Assembly: GCF_009914755.1 (NCBI RefSeq)
Contig: NC_060944.1
Reading direction: 5' to 3' (one strand)
DNA from: the human T2T-CHM13v2.0 reference genome, Homo sapiens
DNA length: 64,000 bases
Positions 21,511 to 42,030 of this stretch are shown here, one piece after another (position 1 is the stretch's first letter; each line of letters begins with the position of its first letter). The position numbers and the translations under genes are program-made. The notes below the pieces were generated by a model. It was not told where the DNA came from, did not search any database, and was given only the letters and a program-made list of their open reading frames with translations.

Positions 21511-22013
21511 ACCCTCATGTGGGTGCTCTTATGAGCCTCATTTTAGCAGTAAGAAAAAGGAGTCTCAGAGAGATGAAGTTATTTGCCCAAGGTCACACAG
21601 TGGTAGGACTAGGGTTTGAATCAAAGTAGACTGAGTTCATAGCATTTTTGTAATAACCAAATTTCTCCAGAGTGTCTGAATGTTCCTGACTCCTAAATCA
21701 AAAAACAAAACAAAACAAAACACTGGAAAATGCATTCTGATTATGTTCACCTGATTTCCTAATCTAGAGTACTGGACATTTAATTGTTTGGTAAAATCTT
21801 TGACTTTGAATGCTTTGCCAAAAACAATGGAGCGTTTGTTTTATTATCTCTAGACTGAAAGTGGTTATGTTTTCACCCTGGTAAGTGATTTGCTTACATT
21901 ATAGTAGATAGTATTGCTGCAAGGTACAACCATATTTTTTGTGTGTGTCTGTGTCTCTCTGTGTGTGTATGTGTGTATTTTCAGTCCATTGAAATGAAAT
22001 GTGTGGGAATTAG

Positions 22014-22259
<246 letters not shown>

Positions 22260-22439
22260 TGATCTGTCCACCTCGGCCTCCCAAAGTGCTCACATTACAG
22301 GCGTGAGCCACCACGTTGGGCTAGGGCCCACTTTTTAATTGCTTATGTCCTTGTGACTTCTTGCCTCTGAATCCTTGAATTATTTGTTCTTATTTTTGGG
22401 CCCTAAAGAAACTAAGTCCCAGCTTTTTTTTTTTTTTGA

Positions 22440-22625
<186 letters not shown>

Positions 22626-22637
22626 TAGGCTGGTTGA

Positions 22638-22956
<319 letters not shown>

Positions 22957-24729
22957 TAGCCAGGATGGTCTCGATCTCCTGACCTCGTGATCCACCCGCC
23001 TCAGCCTCCCAAAGTGCTGGGATTACAGGCATGAGCCACAGCGCCCGGCCCCTGCTTTTTATTAAGAAAATTTTCTAACATAATGAAAAGTTGAGAGGAC
23101 ATTATACCTTCCACCTGTATTCACTAATTGTTAACCCATTTGTTTTATATACTTATTTAATTTAGCAATAATTTTATAATATCTAATATCCAGAGATATT
23201 CAGATGTTCTTGTTGTTCCAAAAATGTCCCTTATAGTATTTTTCCAGACAGGATCCACATTACTTTTTTATTTTTATGTCTCTTTAGTTGCTTTGATTCC
23301 ATGATAATCTTTCTTCTTCCCGGGAGGCAGAGCTTGCAGTGAGCAGAGATCGAGCCACTGCACTCCAGCCTGGGAGACAGAGCGAGACTCCGTCTCAAAA
23401 AAATAAAAAAATTTTTCCCCTTCACAACATTATTTGTTTAATTTTTAAGAGTTCCGAACAGTTGTTTTTTAGAATGTCCCACATTCTGGTTTAGTCACAT
23501 TGTTTTATCATGGTGAGTTTAACTTGTTTCTTGTATTCTCTTCTATTTCCCGTAAACTGGAAATGAGGTCTAGACTTCAGATTAAACATTTTTTTTGCAG
23601 AGTGTTTCAGTGGTAATGCCGTGTGTTTCATATTGCATCACATCGGGGGACACATAAAGCTAGGTCGTCCCACTGTTCCGTGTATCACTTGGATAAGGTA
23701 ATGACTTCCATCTCTCACCATTATAAAGGTGTATTTTTCCTTGTGCAAGTAGTAGATAATCTGTGGGGATACTCTGGTACGTGTCAATATCCTATTATCC
23801 CCCCACATCATTTACCTAATGATTTAGCATCCATTGATAATCCCTGCCTGAATCAGTTATTACTCTGGAGATGGAAAAATGGTAATATTCTAGTTTTGTC
23901 ATTCTGTTATATTAGGTGATGTTCTTCTGTACGAACAGCTTTCATTTTTATTATTATTATTTTTGATACAGAGTCTCCCTCTGTCGCCCAGGCTGGAGCA
24001 CAGTGGTGCGATCTTGGCTCACTGCAAGCTCTGCCTCTCAGGTTCACGCCATTCTCCTGCCTCGGCCTCCCGAGAGCTGGGACTACAGGCGCCCGCCACC
24101 ACGCCCGGCTAATTTTTTTTGTATTTTTTAGTAGAGACTGGGTTTCACCCTGTTAGCCAGGATGGTCTCGATCTCCTGGCCTCGTGATCTGCCCATCTCG
24201 GCCTCCCAAAGTGCTGGGATTACAGGCGCGGTGAGCCACCGCGCCCGGCCCATTTTTATTCTTTTAAAGTGCACTTAGGAATAAGATTATTGAGTGTGGT
24301 GGTGTAGTCAATTCCATTCATTATTATTAATTTTGTGCTAAAATTATCCCAAATTTGTCCAGTGGGATGCTGTTTAAACTAGCTCCTTTGTTCTTTTGAC
24401 AATTCCTGTTAGTCCCTTAGCATTTTCTTGTTTTCTGGCACTACTAGAAACCCCAAACTTACTTTCTACTTTTCTTATCCCAGACCCTGGACGCAGCTGG
24501 TTCTCCAAGGCTTGGTTTCTTTAATTAGGAAAGGGTATTTAGAAATTGACCTCTGAGCTGGGCACGGTGGCTCACGCCTGTAATCCCAGCACTTTGGGAG
24601 GCCTAGGCAGGTGGATCAGAAGGTCAGGAGTTCCAGACAAGCCTGGTCAACATAGTGAAACCCTGTCTCTACGAAAAATACAAAAATTAGCCAGGCGTGG
24701 TGGCACGCACTTGTAGTCTCAGCTACTCA

Positions 24730-24884
<155 letters not shown>

Positions 24885-25176
24885 GGGTGACAGAGTGAGA
24901 CTCCGTCTCAGAAAAAAAAAAAAAAAAAAAAAAAAGGAAATTGACCTCTGAGGTTGAGGCTGCAGTTAGCTATGATCACACCACTGCTTGGGTGATAAGA
25001 ATAAGACTCTATCTCTAAATAAAATAAATAAATAAATAAATAAAATAAAACATTGGTTTTTAAAAAAAGAAATTTAGCTCTGGGCACTGGGTGTGTTTAT
25101 TGCTGCTAGGATGTCATTGTCTTAAACAACTTTTTAGTAGATGGGGGTAAGAAATCTATTTTTTGAAAAAATGTGA

Positions 25177-25373
<197 letters not shown>

Positions 25374-25569
25374 TAGTAGAGATGGGGTTTCACCCTCTTG
25401 GCCAGGCTGGTCTCGAACTCCTGACCTCAAGTGATCCGCCTGCCTTGGCCTCTCACGGTGCTGGGATTACAGGCGTGAACCGCTGCGCCCGGCCTATAAT
25501 ATTAAATTTAAGTTGGAAATATCAGGCCTGGGTAACAGAGTAAGACACTGTCTCAAAAATAAATAAATA

Positions 25570-25906
<337 letters not shown>

Positions 25907-27445
25907 TCAAGCCTGTATTCCCAGCACTTTGGGAGGCTAAGGTGGGCGGATCACCTGAGGTCAGGAGTTTGAGACCAAACTGGCCAACATGATGAAACCC
26001 CGTCTCTACTAAAAATACAAAAATTAGCCGGGTGTGGTGGCAGGTGCCTGTAATTCCAGCTACTCGGGAGGTTGAGGCAGGAAAATTGCTTGAGCCAAAG
26101 GAGGCAGAGGTTGCAGTGAGCTGAGATTGCGACACTGGACTCCATCCTGGGTGACAGAGGGAGACTCTGTCCCCCGAAAAATTATAAATAAATAAGTAAA
26201 TAAATAGATGAAACAAAAAGAACTAACATAGAATATGCATGGTGTAACTATGCTAAATGAAACTCAAAATATGGCCAGACACGGTGACTCATGCTTGTAA
26301 TCTGGGCACTTTGAGAGGCTGAGGTGGGCAGATCACTTGAGGTCAGGAGTTGGAGACCAGCCTGGCCATTATGACGAATCCATGTCTCTACTTAAAATAC
26401 AAAAAATTAGCTGGACATTGTGGCATGTGCCTGTAATTCTTTTATTCTTTTTTTTTTGAGGCAGAGTCTTGCTGTGTGTCTCCCAGGCTGGAGTGTAGCG
26501 CGAGTGATCTCAGCTCACTGCAACCTCCACCTCCCTGGTTCAGGTGATTCTCCTGCCTCAGTCTCCTGAGTAGCTGGGACTACAGGCGCATGCCACCATG
26601 CCTGGCTAATTTTTTGTATTTTTAGTAGAGGCAGGGTTTCACTGTGTTAGCCAGGATGGTCTCGGTCTCCTGACCTCGTGTTCCACCCGCCTCAGCCTCC
26701 CAAAGTGCTGGGATTACAGGCGTCAGCCACCGCGCCTGGCATGCCTGTAATTCCAGCTACTTGGGAGGCCTAGGTAAGAGGATCACCTGAGCCCAGAAGG
26801 CAGAAGTTGTAGTGAGCCAAGATTGCAGTTGAGACTCTGTCTCAAAAAAACAAACAAACAAGCAAAATCGTTTTGGAAATACATATATATTCCCCCTCCA
26901 GCTTTATTGAGATATAATTGACAAAAGGCATTTATATATTTGTTTATTTTTGAGATGGAGACCCGCTCAGTCCCCCAGACTAGACTGCAGGGGCTGGATC
27001 TCAGCTCACAGCAACCTCCATCTCCGGGGTTCAAGTGATTCTCCTGCCTCAGTCTCCTGAGTAGCTGGAACTACAGGCACGCGCCACCATGCCCAGCCGA
27101 TTTTTGTATTTTTAGTGGAGGTGGGGTTTTACCACGTTGGCCAGGATGGTCTCGATCTCTTGACCTCGTGATCCACTTACCTCAGCCTCCCAAAGTTCTG
27201 GGATTACAGGCGTGAGCCACTGCACCCGGCCCGAAAATCTTTGTTCCTAATCATACTTTAACCTACTTGCCTTATTCTGTGTTATATGTGAAATAGTTTT
27301 AAAGTTACAATATCAATATTACTATTAACAAGTATACTGAGTGAATTTTAAGGATTTTTTGACATTTGAAAAATGTATATCTTACTCAGGACAAATTATA
27401 TTTGATTTATGTCATAAACTTTTTTTAAGTTTTTTTTTTTTTTGA

Positions 27446-27649
<204 letters not shown>

Positions 27650-28149
27650 TGAACTCCTGACCTTATGATTCGCCCGCCTCAGCCTCCGAAAGTGCTGGAA
27701 TTATAGGCGTGAGCCACTGCGCCCGGCCGATTTATGTCATAAACTTAATCCAAAATTAAATGAGTTTTTTTTTTTTCTTCTTCTTTGAGATGGAGTCTTG
27801 CTCTGTTGCCCAGGCTCGAGTGCAGTGGTGCAATTTCGGCTTACTGCAACCTCTGCCTCCTGGGTTCTAGCGATTCTCTTGCCTCAGCCTCGTGAGTAGT
27901 GGGATTACAGGCGTGCACCACTACGCCTGGCTAATTTTTTGTATTTTTAGTAGAGACATGGTTTCACCATGTTGGTCAGGCTGGTCTCGAACTCCTGATC
28001 TCATGATCCACCCTCCTTGTCCTCCCAAAGTGCTGGGATTACAGACGTGAGCCACTGCGCCTGGCCATAAGTGTTGTTGTTGTTTTTTTTTAATCTGTTA
28101 TGTGAACTAACAGTTCTTTCTTTTTTTTTTAAATACTCCTACAGTCTAA

Positions 28150-28362
<213 letters not shown>

Positions 28363-29251
28363 TAGGTTGGCCAGGCTAGTCTTGATCTCCCGACCTCAGG
28401 TGATCCACCTGCCTCGGCCTCCCAAAGTGCTGGGATTACAGGCGTGAGCCACCACGCCAGACCTATTTCTGCATTTAAATTATTTTTGGGGCCAGGCATG
28501 GTGTCCCACACCTGCAATCCCAGCACTTTGGGAGGCCAAGGTGGGCATATTGCTTTGAGCTCAGGAGTTCAACGACAGCTGGGGGCAACATGGCAAAAAC
28601 CTGTTTCTACAAAAAATAAAAAAGTTAGCTGGGTGTTGGTAGCTCCTGGCTGTAGTCCCAGCTACTCAGGAGACAGGCTAGAGAATCCTTTGAGCCCGGG
28701 AAGCGGAGGTTGCAGTGAGCCCAGATCGTGCCACTGCATTCCATCCTGGGTGACAGAGTGATACCCTGTCTCAAAAAAATTTAAAAAATAAAATTATTTT
28801 TTGGCCAGGTGTTGTGGCTTATGCCTGTGATCCTAGCATGTTTAGAGGCTGAAGTAGGCAGATCACTTGAGCCCAGGAGTTCAAGACAAGCCTGGGCAAC
28901 ATGACAAAACCCCATCTCTACAAAAAAATATAAAAATTATATTTTTATAATTAAAGTATAAATTTAATTATAATTAAATTACAGGCATGGTGGCTCACAC
29001 CTGTAATCCCAGCACTTTAGGAGGCCTAGGTGGGCAGATTACTTGAGTTCAGGAGTTCGAGACCAGCCTGGCCAACATGGTGAAACTCCGTCTCTACTAA
29101 AAGTACAAAAAAAATTAGGCGCATGCCTGTAATCCTAGCTACTCAGGAGGCTGAGGTGGGAGGCTTGCTTGAACCCAGGAGGTGGAGGTTGTAGTGAGCC
29201 GAAATTGCGACACTGCACTTCAGCCTGGGTGACAGAGCAAGACTCCGTCTC

Positions 29252-29283
<32 letters not shown>

Positions 29284-29929
29284 ATTAGCTGAGGTGGAAG
29301 GATTGCTTGAGCCTGAGAGGTTGAGGCTGCAGTGAGCCATGATCCTCCTACTTCAGCCTCCTGAGTAGCTGGGACTACAGGCATGTGCCGCCACCCTTGG
29401 CTAAGTTTTGTATTTTTTGTAGAGGTGGGGTTTGCCATGTTGCCCAGGCTGGTCTTAAACTTCTGGGCTCAAGCAGTGCACCCACCTCATCCTCCCAAAG
29501 TGCTGGGATTACAGGTGCCTGGCCTAGCATTTTTGAGACAGAGTTTTGCTCTGTCACCAAGGCTGGAGTGCAGTGGTGTGATCATAACTGTAGCCTGGTA
29601 CTCTTGGGCTCAAGTGATCCTCCCACCTCAGCCTCCTGAGTAGGCTGGGACTATAGGTGCATGCCACTGCACCTGGCTCATTTTTGTATTTGTTATAGAG
29701 ACTGAGTCTCGCTGTGTTGCTTAGGCTGGTCTCAAACTCCAGGGCTCAAGTGATCTTCCTACCTTGGCCTCCCAAAGTGTTGGGATTACAGGCATGAGCC
29801 ACTGCACCTGGCCTATATTCTAATTTTTAATCTACCACTTTGGGGTGAACTTTCAGCATGTCCATTTTCTTCTCTGTAGAAGGGGTAATCCTGCCTTCCC
29901 TGTTTTTGTTTTGTTTTGTTTTGTTTTGA

Positions 29930-30241
<312 letters not shown>

Positions 30242-30623
30242 TGAACTAAAATCTGAGAGGCTGCAGTTTCCTAGTAGTGATACTTGGTGGATAGAATAGA
30301 ATCTGCTTGCTCTGCTGCCTTCGCCTTCTTCCTGTCATCTGTCAGGAGTGTGCCATCTGTTCCAAGAAGTAGGCTGGCCTTCCCTGTTCTTGCTCCAAAC
30401 ACAACGAAAAAGCTCCTTCTGTTGCTTTCCTGACACTCTGGTACCTTTCCACTACTGTGTTTCTATTTAAGTTGATCATAGTTCGCTTCCATTTCTTGTA
30501 CAGAAGATTTAAAAATCTGAGTTTCATAATGTCCTTAGATCATTTTTGGTTTCTTTTTCATTAGGGTTATTTGTACTGATCTCATCTGAGTTTCTGGTTC
30601 ATACCTCTTTACTCCTTACACCA

Positions 30624-30625
<2 letters not shown>

Positions 30626-30653
<28 letters not shown>
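30626..30653. repeat. (TG)14 microsatellite
   Basis: Read directly from the sequence. Confidence 0.95.
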
Positions 30654-30657
<4 letters not shown>

Positions 30658-31254
30658 TAAGCAATCTTTTCTGAGCTTTCCACAAACATGTATTGAATGC
30701 TGTGAGTCAGGTGGTACACTAGGTGCTATGAAATGAAGGAAAATAAGTACTTCAAGATGTTCAGAGACGAGTCAAGTATTTGGCTTTGGTTTTTAGTATT
30801 GATAGCCAAGGGTCGTTAATCATGTATTCTAATGCTTATGTCTTTGCTAGTGACTCACATTTATTGAGTGATTTACTCTGTGCCAGGCACAAATCTAAAG
30901 GCTTTATATGTTATACCTCCTTTAATCCTTTAGATGCTATGAAGGGGGTACTTTTATTCTACTTTATATATGAGGAAATAGAAGCAGAAAGCAGTTAAGT
31001 TTTCCAGTGCTATGTAGCTGTAAATGGTGAATTTAGGATTTGAGTCTAGCTAGTTGGCTTCTGAGCATGGTCGGGTGTGGCTTTGATCCCCACGCATGTG
31101 TTCAGTACCTAGAATAAAGTCCCTGAAATTAAATATATTATGAGGAGATATTTACTCTGTACAAAGTTCATTTACAAAAACCCCTAGGGGAGAATAGTTA
31201 ATTTCATATGTGGGAATTTCAGAAGGCTTCAGAAAGATGACTTTTGATGCCAAG

Positions 31255-33090
<1,836 letters not shown>

Positions 33091-33819
33091 GGGAGTTGGG
33101 CTGAGTGCGGTGGCTCACGCCTGTAATCCCAGGACTTTGGGAGGCCAAGACGGAAGATCGCTTGAATCCCAAGATCGAGACCAACCTGTGCAACATAGTG
33201 AGACTCTGTCTCACAACACATATATACACAAAAACCCCAAGAAACCTAGCTGGGCATGGTGGTGTGAGCTTGTGGTCCCAGCTACTGGGGAGGCTGAGGT
33301 AGGAGGATCACTTGAGCTAGGGAGGTCAAGGCTGCAGTGAGCTATGATTGTGCTGCTATACTGTATGATTGTGCTTGGGTAACAGAGCAAGACCCTGTTT
33401 CAAAAAAAAAAAGAAAAAAAGTAAAGGAATTTGGGAGTTGGTAATGAGTAAATGGGATTAAAAAAATAGACTATATTTTAGAGCAGTTTTAGGTTCACAG
33501 CAAAATTGAGCAGAAAGTACAGAGTTCTGGCTGGGCACAGTGGTTTATGCCTGTAATCCCAGCACTTTGGGAGGCTGAGGTGGAAGGATTGCTTGAGCCC
33601 AGGAGTTTGAGACCAGCCTGGACACCATTGCAAGACCCTGTCTCTACAAAAAATAAAACAAATTAGCTGGGGTAGGGGGTGGCTTGCACCTGTAGTCCTA
33701 GCTACTTGGGAGGCTGAGGTGGGAGGATCGCATGAGCCCAGGAGTTTGAGGCTACAGTGAGCCATGATTATGCCACTGCATGGCAGCTTGGGTCACAGGG
33801 TCACAGAGCAAGACCCTGC

Positions 33820-33853
<34 letters not shown>

Positions 33854-34016
33854 TGTATCAAGTTCCCATATTCCTGTGTTCTCCCTCCAGCCTCCCCCAC
33901 TTTCAACATCCTGCACCAGAGTGGTACATTTATTACAGTTGATGAACCAATATTGACACCTCAGTACCACCCAAGGACCATAGTTTGCATTAAGGTTTGC
34001 TGCTGGTGTTGTATTG

Positions 34017-34111
34017 TTTATGGATTTTGACAAATGTATAATGTATATGTGTATGTTACACATTTATCAAAATCCATATGTGTACATTATACATTTGTCA
34101 AAATCCATAAA
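34017..34111. repeat. Perfect 29-bp inverted repeat with 37-nt spacer
   Basis: tttatggattttgacaaatgtataatgta (34017-34045) is the reverse complement of 34083-34111. Confidence 0.92.
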
Positions 34112-34159
34112 AGTTACAAAAGTACAAAAAAAGTACAATATTCATAAAAAGACAACTTG

Positions 34160-34212
34160 ATGCTCAAAAAGTTTCGGATTTTGGATGTTTGGATTTGAGA
34201 TGCTCAACCCAT
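34160..34212. mobile_element. Tigger4/MER46-like terminal fragment
   Basis: tgctcaaaaagtttcggattttgga...gatgctcaacc. Confidence 0.55.
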
Positions 34213-35388
34213 AGTAAAATTCGCTCTTTTTCAGAATACAGTTGAGTTTTGCCAAATTTGACAGTTCACGCAAGCCCCACCACAATCAAGATATGGGCCG
34301 GGAATGGTGACTCATGCCTATAATCCCAGCACCTTGGGAGGACAACGTGGGAGGATTGCTTGAGCCCAGGAGTTCAAGACAAGCCTAAGCAACATAATGG
34401 GACTTCGTCTCTCAAAAAAAAAAAAAAAAAACCATAATAAAAGTAATAATAATAGCTGGGTGTGGTGGTGTGTGTCTATAGTTTTAGCTACTCAGGAGGC
34501 TGGGGTGGGAGGAAGACTGCTTGAGCCCAGGAGGTCAAGGCTGCAGCAAGCTGTGATTGTACCGCTGCACTCCAACTCCAGCCTGTGTGATAGAGCGAGA
34601 CCCTGTCTCAAAAAAAAAAAAAAAAAAAAAAGGGGTGAAGAAAGAAAAAAAAAGATATAAAGCACTTCTGTTACCCACAGAATTTCCTCATGTCCATTTG
34701 TAATCAGCCTCTCCTGGCACCTCCAGCTCCTGTCACCCACTGATCTGTCCTTTGTCTATACAGTTTTGCCTTTTCCATAGTGTGTTATAATGGAATTATT
34801 CAGTACATAGCCTTTTGGATTTGGCTTCTTAAACTTAGCGTAATGCATTTGAGACTCACCCGTATTTTTGCATGAGCAAAATAAAGGGTTGTTGCTTTTA
34901 GAACCAAGTAGTAAGTATTCCATTGGATGGATATACCACAGCTTATCTGTTTATGTGTTCAAAGACATATGGATTGTTTCCAGTTTTGGGTTAATATGAA
35001 TAAACATTTATATATAGGTTTTTATGAGAATATAAGTTATCATTTCTCTTGGATAAATACCAGCGAGCTGGATTGCTGGGTCATGTAAGTGTATGTTTAA
35101 CCAGGTGAGAAACCGCCAAACTTTTTCAGAGTCTCTGTACCATTTTGCATTTCCACCAGGAATGTCAGGAATGTATGAGAATTCCAGTTGCTCTGCATTG
35201 TTGTCAGCACTTGGTGGGATTCTTTTTTTTCTCTCCTTTTTTTTTAATTAACTGTTTTAAAAAATTGAGATATAGTTTACATGTTATAAAATTCATCCTT
35301 TTAGGCTGGGTGTGGTGGCTCACGCCTGTAATCCAAGCACTTTGGGAGGCTGAGGTGGGCGGATCACAAGGTCAAGAGATCGAGATCA

Positions 35389-35580
<192 letters not shown>

Positions 35581-37147
35581 TCAAAAAAAAAAAAAAATTT
35601 ACCATTTCAAAGCATACAATTCAATAATTCAATGGTTTTCAGTGTATTTACAAAGTTGTACAATTGTCACCACTATCTAATTCCAGAATTCTCATTATCC
35701 CAAAAAGAAACCTCATACACATTAGCAGTCAGACCCTATTTCCTCCCTGCCCTTCCCAGCCTAGGCAAACACGAATTTACTTTCCCTCTATATATATGCC
35801 TGTTCTGGACATTTCATAGATATGGAGTCATACAGTAGGTGACTAGCTGCTTTCACTTAGCATGCTATTTTCAAGGTTCATCTATGTTGTACGTTACTGC
35901 TTTTTGTGGATGAATAATTCCATTATATGAGTATACCATATTTTGTTTTCCCATTCATCAGTTGTTGGGTATTTACAGTGTTTCTTCTTTTTGGGTATTG
36001 TGAGTACACATTTGTGTGGACATATGATTTTACATCATATGGGTATATACCTAAGATGGAATTGTCAGATCATATGGTAATTCTGTTTAACCTTTTGAGG
36101 AACTGCTAAATTGCTTTTCGTAGTAGCTGCACCATTTTACACTCCCACCAGCAATGGGAATCCTGTTTGTTTTTATTTTGAAGAGATGGGAGTCTTGGTA
36201 TTGGCCCAGACTGGACTCAAACTCCTGGGCTCAAGTGATTGTCCTGCCTCAGGCCTCCTGGGTAGTTGGGACTGCAGGTGCATACCACCGTGCCCAGCTA
36301 TTTTTTACATTCAATAAGAAGTAAAATTATCAGCTGAGACTGAGATCAGGACAGGGAGGGCTTAGGTTTGAGGAAAGAAGATAAGGTATGAAATATTTAG
36401 GAGTTTGCACTCCCTCCTCAGGCTCCACTTTACTCAGTAGCTAATGACAGGCCTCAAACTCCTGGCCTCAAGTTATCCTCCTGCCTCGGCCTCCCAAAGC
36501 ACTGGGGTTACAGGTGTAAGCTACCATGCCTGGCTAAAAACTTTTTTGATATTAATTTTCCTGGCTCCTTAAAGGTATAAGACATTGAATTAAGAAGAGT
36601 GCAAAATTGCTACTCTATAATTAGGTTAATTATTTTTAGAGAGAGGGTCTTGCTTTGTTGCCCAGGCTGGAGTACAATGGCTATTTACGAGTGCCATGAA
36701 ATACACTACAGCCTTCAATTCTTTGGCTCAAGCAGCTCTCTTGCCTCAGCCTCCTGTGTAGTTGGGATTATAGGCATGCACTATAGCACCCAGCTCTTAC
36801 ACTTTTATTTTAAAAATACTTTTTGTTGAGTTTTAATTTATAGTAGAGTGTATAAACCCTAAATGTGTAGCTTGATGAACTTTTACATATGTATACACTT
36901 CTATAGCCACCACCCAAATCAAGATATGGACCATTATGGGCACTCCGGAAGCTTTTTTGTCCCTCTCCTACCCCCAAAGAGAATTACTGTTTAATACCTG
37001 TTTGCAGATATGCATTTTATATATGTATGTATGTGTGTTTGAGACAGTTTCGCTCTTGTCCCCCAGGCTGGATGGCAGTGGCACGTTCTCGGCTTACTGC
37101 AACCTCCGCCTCCTGGGTTCAAGTGATCTCCTGCCTCAGCCTCCTGA

Positions 37148-37378
<231 letters not shown>

Positions 37379-38046
37379 TAGCTGTCTGGGTACAGGAATG
37401 GAGAATGTGGAGTCTGAAATAACCAGGGTTGGGTGGCAGTTGTGATGAGGAAGAGAGTCGCCAGTAATTTGAGGGCATATGCAAGGAAGTGAAATTAAAG
37501 AATGAGAAGATTTCCAGGAAGAGAGTGGCAGGGGGAGAAGGCAGAAGGAATAACATCAGCAAAAATATTCAGGGCTTGAAAGAACTTGGTGTGTTCTGAG
37601 AATCCAGGGAGGTAACAGGAGTGGTGGGAGATTGAACTGAAGAGTGAAAATTTAAGCAGGAGAGAGACATGTTTTGATCCTTCTTAGTAACAGAAAATTG
37701 GCAGTGTTCATTCTGTCATAAGATATTTGCTGAGTGGCTCTGTATCAGGCATTCTGCTGGGTACTGATAGAAGGGGTTTAGGGGTGATGTGTACATACTG
37801 ACTGTTCAGTTGTTGCTGGTAAGAAATGATTGAGATAGAGAGGAAAGATAAATTTAAGACCTTTCTTATATCAGATGTTGATTAATGGAAGTGGTGAAGG
37901 GGTAGGGAAAGAGTTAAGGCATTCAAAATAGCAGTTTTTCTGCAGTTTAATAGTCAGCCTTTTGTTTTTTACTAAATATATCTTCCATCCCCATCTCCTC
38001 TCCAGCAAAGGCTGGTGATGGCTTAGAATGTTCCTTTTGTGCATAG

Positions 38047-38250
<204 letters not shown>

Positions 38251-38542
38251 TGATTCTTGAAGTAAAATGAGTGCTGTATGTTTGCAGACAAACTGTTTAT
38301 ATAGCAAAGAATCTGGAAGCAGTCTGAATGCTTAACCTCTGGGGGAAAGTTAAGTCAAATTCTGGGCTAGCCACGCAGTTAAGTAGACTATTACATGGCT
38401 AAGACAAAAGACACCCATGTGGATGTGGTGACTGCAGGAATGTTTACATGTGGAGTCCAGTTAAGAGCAGAAGGCTCATAGCCGGGTGCGGTGGCTCACG
38501 CCTGTAATCCCAGCACTTTGGGAGGCTGAGGTGGGTGGATCA

Positions 38543-38791
<249 letters not shown>

Positions 38792-38973
38792 TCACCGGGT
38801 TTAGAGTTAGATGTAGATATCGATCTTGATTGTGCCTCTTCCTAGTCATTCTCTTTGAGGCTCCATTTCCATGAATGTAAAAAGGGGGCAGTAATAATAA
38901 TGACTCCTTAAGTCTTCATGGCATGATCAAGTGAGATACCTTAGATAAAGATAGTTTACAAACCCTAGAGTAA

Positions 38974-39304
<331 letters not shown>

Positions 39305-39848
39305 TAATTACTAATAGCCATGTGGGTGAACACTGATGAGTTGTAGTGGGAATTCGGAAGGAAATTGTCATCCTTTCTGTTTTTTTCTCCCCGGCCCCAT
39401 GATGTTTCTTTAGTTAGTATTTCTGGTATATAGGGGGGAACAAAACAGATTCCTGCCAAGCACTGTCTGGCTGCTCTAGTTTAAGCACGTGCACGGTATG
39501 TAGTATTAGGCAGCTTAATTTTACACAGATGCAGCAAGACTCTGAGCGGCAAGCCTTCCTGGGGCTTAAGGTCATATAGGGCAGGCATGTCAACACTGTT
39601 TCCCTGAATTAGACCTGTACTGTTCTCTGCCTTCTGGCTGTGCACATGGAGTCATGCCAGCAGTGGCAGTGCTTTACTGTCTTACAGCCCTCTCTCTCCC
39701 TTGGTGGAGCCCTAGGACATGTTGGCTTATCTTGTAGCTTAGAGCAGTGTTTCTCAAACCTGAAAACATGAGGACTGGCACCTCTAACCTATAAACTATT
39801 GATAGACTCCATTTCTAGATACCAAAGCAGTCTAGCAAAATGCAACTT

Positions 39849-42030
<2,182 letters not shown>

